From Mobula birostris (taxonomy: Eukaryota): a stretch of 64,000 nucleotides of DNA. The number at the start of each line of letters is the position of its first letter. The stretch's first letter is position 1. Both the position numbers and the translations under genes were made by a program. The DNA is taken from contig NC_092378.1 in NCBI RefSeq assembly GCF_030028105.1, positions 15,208,762 through 15,272,761 on the forward strand. The letters run 5' to 3'. Under the pieces are notes generated by a model, which had not been told where the DNA came from, searched no databases, and worked only from the letters and a program-made list of their open reading frames with translations. Shown here piece by piece: positions 40,190 to 51,543 of the stretch.

Positions 40190-41150
40190 AGTAGTCATAG
40201 AAACAGGCCATTCAGCCCAACTGGTCCATACTGATCAGAGCATCCTCCCTCCAGTCCCATCATAACCCTCCAAGCCCTTACTTTCTCAGTACCTATCCAA
40301 GTGCCTCTTAAAGGTTGCAATTGTACTTGCTTCTCTCACTTCCTTTGATGACAACTCATTTCAGGTACTCACTACCCTCTGCGTAAAGAAGTTACCTCTC
40401 AGATCTCTTAAGGCTCTCCCCTCATATTTTCTGTCTGTGTCCTCCAGTTTTGTTTCCCCAACCCTGGGAAAAGACTAAGACAGTCTACCTTATCCATACC
40501 CCTCATGATTTTATAAACTTCCGTGAGGTCACCTTTCATTCTCTTACGTTCTATGCAACCAGTGTAGCCAATCTCTCCCCATAAATCAGACCCTCTAGTC
40601 ATAGTCATACTTTATTGATCCCAGGGGAAATTGGTTTTCATTACAGTTGCACCATAAATAATAAATAGTAATAAAACCATAAATAGTTAAATAGTAATAT
40701 GTAAATTATGCCAGGAAATAAGTCCAGGACCAGCCTATTGGCTCAGGATGTCTGACTCTCCAAGGGAGGAGTTGTAAAGTTTGATGGCCACAGGCAGGAA
40801 TGACTTCCTATGACGCTCTGTGTTGCATCTCGGTGGAATGAGTCTCTGGCTGAATGTACTCCTGTCTCCACCCAGTACATTATGTAGTGGATGGGAGACA
40901 TTGTCCAAGATGGCATGCAAGTTGGACAGCTCTAGTCCAGACAGCATCCTTGTAAATCTCTCATGCCCTCTCTCCAGCTTGACAATGTCTTTCCTATAAC
41001 AGGACAACCAAAACTGCACACAATACTCCAAGTGCTTATACAACTGAAACATGATGTCCTTACTCCTAAACCCGATGCCCTGACTCATGACGGCCAATAT
41101 GCGAAATGCCTCCTTCACACCAGCCTATCTACTTGCGCAGTCGCTTTCAG
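40190..41150 (-). mobile_element. CR1 3' fragment with nested Rex1-type 3' end (40601-40929)
   Basis: LEYCVQFW...RFTRML; insert RLIPPRCNTERHRKSFLPVAIKLYN with TSD CTCTAGTC at 40593-40600 and 40930-40937. Confidence 0.8.
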
Positions 41151-41373
41151 TGAACTGTGCGTCTTGTACTGCCAGACCCCTCCAACCTACAACACACATC
41201 TGCCATTCACTGTTTCGGTCGAACCTTGGTGACCGAATACATCACCTCACACTTTTCTTATCAAGTATTTGATGTACAAATGGTCACTGCAAATCTCACA
41301 TTATTCAAAATAAAAAGGCAAAGAAGAAAGAAAAGTCAGTATCTATAAGGAGGAGAACTGAAAAAAAATTTAC

Positions 41374-41482
41374 CTAGCGTGCACGAATTCCTTGACGGTG
41401 TTGCTATGCAGGAAAACTGCGGACATCACCGTAGTCAGAATAATTTGTACGGATAAGATGCTGTAAACTTTGCGCAGAAATC
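41374..41482 (-). CDS. TMBIM4: TMBIM4 exon 2 ([35 protein letters not shown])
   Basis: Family motif [11 protein letters not shown]; AG and GTAAAT boundaries. Confidence 0.96.
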
Positions 41483-41659
41483 CTATCGAAGAAAAGAAAC
41501 TAGAAGATTTTAGAGGGCACTATTGTATAATCAACAAAAGTTACCGAGAAGTGTAGATCAGTAATCTCAAAACTACAAGATGGTTTCAACTTTTGTTTAC
41601 ACTTGGGGAGTTAATTTTTCCCTACCATTCCCAACATCTCCAAGTGATACATTAATCTA

Positions 41660-41750
41660 GAATCCTGCTGAAGGGTCTCGACCCGGAACATCGACTGTAC
41701 TCTTTTCCGTAGAGCCTGCTGAGCTCCTCCAGCATTTTGTGTGTGCTGCA
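41660..41750 (+). mobile_element. Penelope-like terminal repeat fragment with degenerate hammerhead
   Basis: CTGCTGA AGGGTCTCGACCC GGAA CATC GACTGTAC...CTCCAGCATTTTGTGTGTG. Confidence 0.75.
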
Positions 41751-42149
41751 TTAATTTATCATCGCCCCGTGTTCCCTATCTCCATCCAGAATATTTAGCA
41801 GCTCAGAGAAAGACCCTTTGCCATCAACAACCTTTGGACAGTATATGTAAACAAATGCCTTGCAAGCATTGATTCTTACTTCCTGAACAAAGCTAATCAT
41901 GTTTGTGGTTCCTAACACAGTATGCGGCTTATCTTGATACACCGATAGTACAGTAATGATAATCGGGTGAAAGTTTTGCCTCCCAGCCAACGAGGAGCGG
42001 TCACTGTACCGGCCCTATGGGCCGGATCCGAGATCTGGGCTCCACTCTAACGGCTTGCCGGCCTCCTCGGGCCCTTCGTCAACAGCTACGGCGCAATGGC
42101 AGTGTCCGGTCCCCGGGCCCTCTTGCTAAATATATTTTCCCTTTGTTAC

Positions 42150-42234
42150 CCATGCGGATGTCAACGCTGGCCGTCGACACGCTGGTGCCATAGTTGAAGT
42201 CATCTTCTATCGAGGATCGAGGGTACGGATCCAT
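42150..42234 (-). CDS. TMBIM4: TMBIM4 exon 1 ([28 protein letters not shown])
   Basis: Diagnostic [13 protein letters not shown]; donor G|GTAACA; lies in a CpG island; total CDS 705 nt. Confidence 0.97.
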
Positions 42235-42350
42235 AGTCAATTCCTCAGACGGGAATTCGACGCAACTGCTTCCGAGTCATTCACCCTGACCTCCTGACGT
42301 ATCCAACCTAGCAACGGGACAGACCTGCGCCGGGCGTGTCTGCGAGACCA
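42235..42350 (-). promoter_or_regulatory. TMBIM4: TMBIM4 5'UTR and proximal promoter
   Basis: CpG-rich, CRE half-site TGACGT and RFX-like CCTAGCAAC at about 42295-42315. Confidence 0.55.
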
Positions 42351-43125
42351 AATGCTCTGTGATTCTTAGCGCAGTGGATGCCTTTGGAAATGTGACAGGA
42401 GGTAGAAAAGAAAGGGAAGGAGAATGTCGTCTGTCGGCTGTCCTGTGGCTGAATTTTGAGCGTCATGGTTGACCTATCACCCTGTGTGAGTGGGGAGGTA
42501 TTCTCTTTAAGTTTCTCGCTTCTTATTTCAAAGTTGTGCTCTCCAATTATAGACTAACATGCCCTGAGAGGTTACCTGTGATTGACCAAGCACTTGAGAT
42601 ATAACACAGATGTTAAGTCCACCCTGCGCCACCTCCAGTTTAAATTCCATGCGGAATATTTTGGAGGATCGAGAACCAAGATGAAGTCTGTATAAAGTAC
42701 AGTGTAAAGTACTGTTAGGACAGCATAATCACTGTCTTTTCACATTACAACATCCTGATCATTGAGACATGAACTACACTCAGCCACTTGCAATGGGACC
42801 ACATTGATAATATGCCTGATGACAGATCCTGAAACAGAGATATTGCTCCAAGCTCTGTAATGGCAAAGCGTTACCAGGAACATTGCATATATACTTCCAG
42901 GATATTCGCAAAGCTCTCTTGAAAAAACTTAACATCCCTACCAACTCACAGGTTCCTGGTCTAAATGGAAAAGGGAAGAAATCAAGAATCTTTATCAGAT
43001 TGTTTCTTTATCATATAGAAATCAAACAAAAATAGGAGAAAACAAAAAAAAAGCTCAGTATCTCTCAGACCATCAGTTCACCTCAGATTCAGATTCATTC
43101 ATTTATCACATGTACATTGAAATAT

Positions 43126-43505
43126 TGGGGTGACAGGGTGGGGATATGTCTCTACTAAATGAGGCGTAAGGTGCTCCTTCCCTCTGCGTGTCTGCAGGTC
43201 ATCCATGGGCAAGGTATAGCATCGGCTTAGCCCCCCCTCCTCCCAAACTCTGATCAGAGTTACGTGAAGCCATGGGAGCAGGTGGTGGATGGCCGCACGT
43301 GCAACGGGTGCATATCACAAGTCCTGGTTATGCAACCGCTGACGCCAGGCAGACAGTCTCTGAAGAGAATTGGTAATGACTGGGGTCACCTGTCTTGTAA
43401 AGACACTGCCCAGAAGAAGGCAATGGCAAACCACTTCTGCTGAAAAATTTGCCAAGAACAATCATGGTCGTGGTCAAGACACGGCACATAATGATGATGT
43501 TGATG
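43126..43505 (+). mobile_element. RTE(BovB-like)-derived non-autonomous element inside a SINE remnant
   Basis: GAAGGCAATGGCAAACCACTTCTG...TTGCCAAGAACAATCATGG segment typical of RTE-derived SINEs, (GAT)n tail; a second partial copy at about 54340-54445 (-). Confidence 0.7.
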
Positions 43506-44049
43506 TCATCAAAACATACGTGGAAATGTATCATTTGCATGAACAGCCAGGGGACAACCCACAAGCATTGCCACGCATTCTGGCACTAACATAGCATGCC
43601 CACAATGTTCAACAGAACAAAACAAGCAACAAGACACAACAAGAACAATAAGCCCTTTTCCTCCCTCCCACTCACCCACCCACACAAACAGGCCCCCAAC
43701 CCCAAGACAAGCTTGTCAATCACCTCTTGCTCTACTTGTGTCAGTCAGTTCCCGCATAGTTCTGATTAGCTACCTCAGAATACACAGTTTTGGCATGGAA
43801 GAAACTCAACCTCTTATTCTGAAGGACTGCCTGGTATGTATATAAAATGAATTGAGCGAAACATTTGATATCGAACATTATTATTGATTACAGAAAGTTT
43901 GAAATTCCTCGACGCCTAGGTTAGGTTCAAACTGCACGCTCAGTTTTCTGTTTCCCTTTTCCATCTATTTTTCACCCTCTTAACTTTTAAGAGAAATAGA
44001 TTGATCTGAATTAACGCAATGTCGATCTAAAAAAAATATATATTTAAAC

Positions 44050-44352
44050 CTAATATGTTCGCACCATTCAGGCGGGACGAAATGAGAAGACTTGTTCCCA
44101 GGCTGTTGTAATGCGCTCTGCAGCCTGTGAAAATTCAAACCAGATTGTAATTCCTACTTGTTTAATAAGATGAGCAATTTCTATTGGCGTATGGGCTAGT
44201 GAGGCAGAACGGTAACTGCAATATCGGTGTTAAATATTGACTGCTGAAAACAAGGAAGTAGAGAGTAACGGAGGAGTGGCTTCGGATAAAGGTCTGCTCT
44301 GATAGTTGGACATGATGACGTCAGCTGGCGCCGATTTTCATTTCTTCGGGAA
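44050..44352 (+). promoter_or_regulatory. HELB: HELB proximal promoter and 5'UTR
   Basis: E2F-like GGCGGGA at about 44071, inverted CCAAT at about 44183, perfect CRE TGACGTCA at 44316-44323. Confidence 0.55.
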
Positions 44353-44590
44353 ATGGCTGGCCGGCGCCTGCGGAATCGCAAAATTATTGTTGTTGAAGGT
44401 TTCATTCTGCCACCCAAAGAAGCAAGTAATAAGAAGAAGAAGAAGGGGGAAGAGGAGGGAGAAATAGAGTCGGACGCAGACGAGAATCTGGAACATGAGG
44501 ATGACCTGCAGTTCCACGACCTCAAGGATATGATAGAGATTTCCCTCGGTGCAACTTCCATCAACGCCTCTAAGGTGGCCAAGCGGTTCG
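44353..44590 (+). CDS. HELB: DNA helicase B exon 1
   Basis: MAGRR...VEGFILPPK, acidic tract, LQFHDLKDM; donor G|GTAATT, phase 1 matches exon 2. Confidence 0.8.
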
Positions 44591-45104
44591 GTAATTAAAC
44601 GATTTTACTTCACGTTTTAGGTTAAGTGTTGGGGTGGTGGTTTGCAATGTCGGCTGCTTAATGCCAGAGCTTGTTAATTGTCAATAGTTTATTTTTCTAT
44701 TGATAAAAGTAGCGGGAGAGGCCCAGTAATGAGAGCTGCTGCCTAGCAGCCACCGGGATCTGCGTGGAGGTTGCACATTTTCTCATAGACCGCGCTGATT
44801 TTCTTCTGCGTCCTCCGATTCCATCCGACATCCCGAAGGTGTGCTGGTGGTTAATTGCCTACCCCAAAGTGGGAAAAAATAAAGTGGAGTTTAGAGTTAT
44901 GTGAAAGTATACAACGCAGGGCAGAAGGGAATTCAGAGGGGGGGGTGTGGAATACCTTTCTTAGGAGTTGGCGTGGACCCAAATTGCCCAATAACCACCT
45001 TAAGTATCGTAATAAGTAAAGATGGAATTGTGTGTCATAATGAAATGAGATTGCGAGCGTTGTTTGAGAAGATCTGGCATGTCACCATAGAACATTGAAC
45101 ATTG

Positions 45105-47090
45105 ACCTATCTGGGCAAGGCAGCAGCAAGCCAGACCAACAGCACTGTGGTCGGCTCTGAGCCTCAGGAGGGTAGGGTGAAGTCAGGCGGAGCAATAGTC
45201 ATAGGGGACTCGATGGTTAGGGGGACAGATAGGAGATTCTGCGGCAGCAAAAGAGACATCAGGATAGTGTGTGGCCTCCCGGGTGCTAGGGTCCAGGATG
45301 TCTCTGAGCGGTTGCAGAATATTCTTGAAGGGGAGGGTGAGCAGCCAGATGTCGTGGTACATGTTGGTACCAATGGCATGTGCAGGAGGGCAGGGTTACA
45401 AGTTCTTGGACCCTTGGAACCTTTTCTGGGAAAGGGGTGACCTGTACAAGTGAGTTGTGTTGCAACTGAACTGAAGGGGAACCCATATCCTGGGAGGGAG
45501 GTTTGCTAATGTTATTGGGGAGGGTTTAAACTAGATTTGCAGGGGTTGGGTACCAAATTGAAGAGGCAGAGGATGGGGTAGTTGGCGCACAAGTAGTGAC
45601 GGCTTGTAGGGAGTTTATGAGGAAGGATAGGCAGATGATGAAACAAAGAAGCATTCAGCTAGATGGTTTGAGATGTGTCTAGTTTAATGCAAGGAGTTTC
45701 ATAAGCAAGCGTGGAACTATGATGTTGTGTCCATTACAGAGACTTGGACGACTCAGGGGCAGGAATGGCTACTTAGAGTGCCAGACTTTAGATGTTTCAG
45801 AAAGGACAGAGAGGGAGGCAAAACAGGTGGCAGAGTGGCACTGCTAATCAGGAATAGTATTGCAGCTGCAGAAAAGGAGAAATTTATGAAGGGATTGTCT
45901 ACTGAGTCACTGTAGGTGTAAGTCAGAAACAGGAAGGGGGCAATAACTCTACTGTGTTTTTTATAGACCCCCCCCCAATAATAACAGAGACATCGAGGAG
46001 CTGATGGAGGCAGACTCTGGAACAGTACAATAATAATAGGGTTGTTGTGATGGGTGATTTTAACTTTCCTAATATTGACTGGCATCTCCTTAAAACAAGG
46101 GGTTCAGATGGGGTAGAGTTTGTTAGGTGTGTTCAGGAAGGTTTCCTGACAATATGTAGATACGCCAACTAGAGGAGAGACTGTCTTTGATCTGGTATTG
46201 GGAAATGAACCTGGTCAGCTGTCAGATCTCTCGGTGGGAGAGCATTTTGGAGGTACTGATCACAATTCTATCATCTTTACCATAGCGCTGGAGAGGGATA
46301 GGAACAGAAAATTTGGGAAAACATTTAATTGGGGTAGGAGGAAATATGATGCTATTAGGCAAGAACTTGGGAACATAAATTGGGAGCAGATGTTCTCAGG
46401 GAAAAGCACAGCAAAAATGTGGTAAATGTTCACGGAACATTTGCATGGCATTCTGCATAGGTATGTTTCATTGAGGCAGGGACAGCATGGTAGGGAAAAA
46501 GAACCATGGTGTACAAAGGATGTAGAAAATCTGGTGAAGAAGAAAAGAAAAGCTTATGAAAGGTTCAAGAAGCTAGGTATTGTTAGAGCTCTAGAAAATT
46601 ACAAGGGTGCCAGGAAGGAGCTCCAGAATGAAATTAGGAGAGACAGAGGGGGGCCATGAGAAGGCCTTGGTGAGCAGGGTTAAGGAAAACACCAAGGCAT
46701 TCAACAAGTATGAGGATGAGAAGTGACCCGATAGAGGTGTATAAGATGATGAGAGGCTTTGATCGTGTGGATAGCCAGAGGCTTTTTTCCAGGGCTGGAA
46801 TGGCTAACACGAGGGGGCATAGTATTAAGGTGCTTGGAAGCAGGTACAAGGGGGATGTCAGAGGTAAGTTTGTTACATAGAGAGTGATGGGTGTGTGAAA
46901 TGCACTGCCAGTGAAGGTGGTAGAGGTGGATACAATAGGATCTTTTAAGAGACTCTTAGGTACATGGAGCTTAGAAAAATAGAGGGCTATGTGGTAGGAA
47001 AATTCTAGGCAATTTCTAGAGTAGGTTAATTGGTCAGCACAACATTGTGGGCTGAAGGGCCTGTAATGTGCTGAAGATTTCTATGTTTCT
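45105..47090 (+). mobile_element. CR1 LINE with SGNH-esterase ORF1 remnant, APE domain, internal deletion and 3' end
   Basis: IVIGDSMVRG...LPGARVQDV...VHVGTN, then ITETW and GDFNFP; jumps to the 3' end near 46715. Confidence 0.9.
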
Positions 47091-47915
47091 ATTACAGCAC
47101 TTTGCAGGCCCTTCAGTCCACTATGTTGTGCAGACCTATTTACCCTTTGAGGACCTCTTAGTCGGGGTTGACCGTGGATGAATCGCCAAAGCTGTTTACG
47201 TGTTTCACAAGACAAGGTAATATGACATGGAGAGACAAGCTGTCGCCCATACAACAAGCTCTCCCTCCACACAACTGACGAATCAAAACAAATGCCGAGA
47301 CTGATGCAGTTTTAACCTTTTAGCCTACTGTAAGATCAATCTAACTCTTCCCTCCTATAGAGCCGTCCAAATTTCTGTTGTCCATGTCTCTTAAATGTCC
47401 CTAATGTACCTGCCTTTCTGTACCACCACCCCTGGCAGTGCATTCCATGCACACACCGTTGTCTGTGTGTGTTTTTAAAAAAAAAACATGTACTTTTGCC
47501 ATTCCCCTGATACTTTTCTCCAATCAACTGAAAGTATGTGCCCTTGTATTAGCCATTTCCACCCTGAGAAAAAGTCTTTGGCTGTATACTTGAAAACTGG
47601 ATAGAGAAAACATTTTAGCAATGAAGCTTTATTTGGGCTGAGGTTAAATACAAATACAAATTAAATAATGTACAATGTGATGAATTATTGAATAAACTCG
47701 TCTCAGGCTTCCAGCCGGGTACAGGTATCAATCTTAACCGACGGTTCAATGCCAACTCTGCCATCTTCTTTAGGGATGATTATCACGCAGTAATCAGAAT
47801 TTTAAAAGTTTTCATTTCCTGTGAGAGAATGGGTATCTACAGCATGAAAACAAGTAGTTGAATGAGGCCAAATAGGGGAGGAAAGCTATTCAACTGTTTA
47901 TCAATTTTCTTACAG

Positions 47916-48281
47916 TTAAATTGAAAGACCTTCGCTCTGGTGACACTTACAAAGTGGTAGGACGGTTCCAGTTTACTTCTCCTTGGTGGAAAGTGACAGC
48001 AAAAATCTTCTGTCATCAGAAAAAATGGTATCTTCAGGGGTATCCTTCTTATGCTCTGAGGATCCTGACTGAAAAGGAACATGATATTGTCAGCCTTTTC
48101 TTAACAAAATGTGGCATCCACTCAGATCACGTAAATATATTTTTTGAATACTTGACTTGCCATGGTCTTCAATTTCCAGAAGTATTGAACACTTTACAAC
48201 AGATTGCAGACAAGGAAAAGAAAAAGGATGAAAATAAAAGTCGTTTTCAAAGTTGCATAAATCGCCACATATTTAATTCAG
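47916..48281 (+). CDS. HELB: DNA helicase B exon 2
   Basis: KVVGRFQFTSPWWKV...LQGYPSYAL resembles human KVFGRFPITGAWWRV...QGFPSYFL; tacAG acceptor and G|GTAAGT donor. Confidence 0.92.
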
Positions 48282-48389
48282 GTAAGTCTGGGTACTTATA
48301 AGCCACTTTTAGGAAAGTTTTGGAGTTGTTTGGTGTGATTGAACTGTATGAGATTGGAAAAACTGTTTAAAAAAAAAAAAAAAAATGTT

Positions 48390-49357
48390 GGGTGGATTTT
48401 GGTTAATTGGGTCATCAGTTAATCAGGCAACCACTTACTTAGGACAACTCTTAAGGAGCAAAAGCTGATTAGAAAATAGCCAGAACATCCTTTGTTTGGG
48501 ACACTATACTGCTTAATTGGGACAGGATACTGTTACCAAGAAGTTTCTAACTAGCAGCAGTTGCATGCACTTGTGTAGCAGTTAGATATTACACCATATA
48601 TAGAGTGAATGATTTTTAAATAGCACCAGTTGCATGTGTTTGTGTTCAAAAAGCAGTGATTTTTGTCATTGATAGTGGGTGAGAAATAAGCAGTAAGATA
48701 ATTCAGAACTGTTTCCTCACTGTGGTTTCAAGTATTCAGGCTTGGGGAAGTGAGAAATGGCCAGGAGTGAAAATGAAACTATTTCACTATTTCAGCAAGT
48801 TGGGAACTAGGAAGAATTTGAAGGTATCGACAATCATCTTGTATGTTATATTGAAAGTGAAGATTTGGAGACGCAACAGTTTCTTGCTAGCATCAGTCAC
48901 GTGCACTTGTGTGTCCGTTAGACACTACACTGCGCTTAGAGCAAACAGTTTTTAAATGGTGTTAGTAGTATATGCTTGTGTGGTGTTATCATTTGGGCTG
49001 ACCGACATCGAATTAAAAAGCAGTGAATTTTGATACTACTCGTGCGGGAAGGCAATGAAGTCAATCCATTATCTGCACAGTGTCTGCACTGATTTTGTTT
49101 ATTTACAGTCAATCAAAAGAACAAGGCAACATATACTGTTGATAACTGTTAGGAACTAATACAGAGCTTTATAGTACTGTGGAAACATTGGTTCTAATTA
49201 GTTCTGTATTTCATTGAAATACATAATTTGTTATTTTGTTAAATTGTGGTTTGTCTTTTTTAAATCATTTCCTTGAAACTTAGGCTAATTGGGGCAGCCA
49301 CTGAATTTGGCCAAAATATATTTGCTCTGTTGTTTTCCAGTTAACCAAAATCCACTG
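48390..49357. mobile_element. Tigger/pogo-type non-autonomous DNA transposon
   Basis: TIR GTGGATTTTGGTTAA...TTAACCAAAATCCACTG followed by TA; reverse-complement match to 54960-55790. Confidence 0.85.
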
Positions 49358-49674
49358 TATTTGTATATAGTTGCTGCTTTTGTTGTGCCATTGAAAGAAC
49401 TTGTGAAGGTTATAAAGGCCAAGTGACTATTTAGAAGATGCAACAAATTTCAGATTAACTGAACAACCTGAAATTTGTCACCAATTAATATAATCTTTAA
49501 AAATATAAATCTTGGTCCAATAAATCACTGACAGCAATTAAAGTTTTATTTTGATGACCTGGTTATTCCTATAAAAGCAGTTATCAGTTGCCAAAAGGAT
49601 ACTGCTTGTGTATGCTTTTAGCTTACAGGTTCGGTCCTCAAGGTGAAGTCTTTCTAATTGAAGTATTGCATATT

Positions 49675-49880
49675 CCCTGCTGTTGTCTGTAAAGAGTTTG
49701 TATGTTCTCCCTGTGACCGCATGAGTTTCCTCCCACAGTCCAAAGATGTACCAACTGGTAGACTTATTGGTCATTGTAAATTGTCCTGTGATTAGGCTAG
49801 GGTTAAATTGGGGTTTGCTGGGCAGTGTGGCTCGAAGGGCCAGAACAGCCTGTTCTGCGTTGTATTTAAATAAAATAAAA
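49675..49880 (+). mobile_element. V-SINE (HE1-like) fragment
   Basis: GAGTTTGTATGTTCTCCCTGTGACC...TTTCCTCCCACAGTCCAAAGATG V-domain; weaker copies at about 2750, 33200, 35900, 44750 and 51660. Confidence 0.75.
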
Positions 49881-50750
49881 AAATTTTTAAAATGTGTGCA
49901 GTGTTCAGAAATATATTGCATATAAAAGTTTAAAGAATTTGTGGAACAAACATGATGCACTAAATAACTTGCTCCTTTCACTAAGCAATTTGAGGCCATG
50001 AAACATAGAAAATCATAGAGCAGCAGCAGCAGGGCCTAGAGTCAGTGTATTTGGGAACGGGTGCGGGCACTTCACCCGGGTGCTTTACACAATGTCCATC
50101 CAGCTAGCCCAATTTCTTATGTTCAGCTTTGCCTTTTGAGCACTTCCCCTCTGTGTACATATCCAACTGCTTTTTAAATGGTACTATTGTTCCTGCAGCA
50201 GTTCATTCCATATAGTCACCACCTTCTGTGTAAAGAAGTTGCCCCAAGAGGTCCTCTTTAGATCTTTCCCTCTCACCCTAAGTCAATGCCTACTAGTTTT
50301 TGTCTCCCTACTCTGTCAAAAAGAATGCTACCATCCACCTTATCTATGCCCCTTGTAATTTTAAACATTTCTACAAGGTTTCTGATGTTCCAAGGAATAA
50401 AGATCTAGTCTCGCCAAACTCTCCCTGTATCTTGTGTCCTCTAGTCCTGGAAGCATCCTTGTAAATCTTTTTTGCACTCTTTCCATTTTAACTTTCATTT
50501 AACAGGGGGACAAAATTTGTAACATAATGTCCAAACAACTAAACTCAATGTCCTGACTGATAGGCTAGTGTGCCTTCTTCCACCACGTTCTCTACCTGTG
50601 ACGCCGCTGTCAACCAACAATGAACTTGTACTCCCAAGTGCTTGTGTCACTACCCTCCCTGGTGTCGTACCATTCCTAGTTTTAATCCTGTGCCAGATTG
50701 ACTGTACAAAATGCATTACCTCATGATTAAAGATTAGCCTTATTTATCAC

Positions 50751-51140
50751 ATGTACATCAAAACATACAGTTCCTCCCTCACTACCATTCAGGGCCCCAG
50801 ACAGTCCTTCCAGGTGAGGCGACACTTCACCTGTGAGTCGGCTGGGGTGATATACTGCGTCTGGTGCTCCCGATGTGGCCTTCTATATATTGGCGAGACC
50901 TGGCGCAGACTGGGAGATCGTTTTGCTGAACACCTACGCTCTGTCTGCCAGAGAAAGCAGGATCTCCCAGTGGCCACACATTTTAATTCCACGTCCCATT
51001 CCTATTCTGATATGTCTATCCACGGCCTCCTCTACTGTAAAGATGAAGCCACACTCAGGTTGGAGGAACAACACCTTATGTTCCGTCTGGGTAACCTCCA
51101 ACCTGATGGCATGAATATTGACTTCTCAAACTTCCGCTAA
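50751..51140 (+). CDS. Penelope-type GIY-YIG endonuclease domain ORF (transposon-derived; expression unknown)
   Basis: FTC...GVIYCVWCSRCGLLYIGET.R.L..RF.EH...H F...EEQH...GMN without stops. Confidence 0.7.
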   Translation: MYIKTYSSSLTTIQGPRQSFQVRRHFTCESAGVIYCVWCSRCGLLYIGETWRRLGDRFAEHLRSVCQRKQDLPVATHFNSTSHSYSDMSIHGLLYCKDEATLRLEEQHLMFRLGNLQPDGMNIDFSNFR

Positions 51141-51543
51141 TGCCCCACCTCCCCCTTGTACCCCATCCATTATTTATTTATATACACACATTCTTTTTCT
51201 CCCTCTCCTTTTTTTCCCTCTGTCCCCCTCACTATACCCCTTGCCCCTCCTCTGGGCTTTCCCCCCCTGTCCCTTTTCATTCTCCCTGGGCTTCCTGTCC
51301 CATGATCCTCTCATATCCCTTTTGCCAATCACCTGTCCAGCTCTTGGCTCCATTCCTCCCCCTCCTGTCTTCTCCTATCATTTTGGATCTCCCCCTCCCC
51401 CTCCCCCTCCCACTTTCAAATCTCTTTCTAGCTCTTCTTTCAGTTAGTCCTGATGAAGGGTCTTGGCCCGAAACGTTGACTGTACCTCTTCCTAGAGGTG
51501 CTGCCTGGCCTGCTGCGTTCACCAGCAACTTTTATGTGTGTCT
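50771..51543 (+). mobile_element. 5'-truncated Penelope-like retroelement (GIY-YIG, pyrimidine tract, terminal repeat)
   Basis: GIY-YIG ORF followed by a C/T-rich UTR and a hammerhead-containing terminal repeat; interrupts a minus-strand SINE. Confidence 0.93.
51446..51481 (+). ncRNA. Minimal type I hammerhead ribozyme motif (PLE type)
   Basis: AGTC CTGATGA A GGGT-CTTG-GCCC GAAA CGTT GACT: stem I, core, stem II, palindromic ACGT, GUU triplet. Confidence 0.8.

Noticed and set aside
43126-43240. HDV-like ribozyme at the 5' end of the RTE-derived element
   Set aside because: A GGGTGAC/GTCATCC helix is visible, but I could not thread P2, P3, P1.1 and the catalytic C into a double pseudoknot; it needs an RNAMotif search on the family consensus.
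44196-44582. 128-aa antisense ORF over HELB exon 1
   Set aside because: Low-complexity shadow of the purine-rich HELB exon; no recognisable motif.
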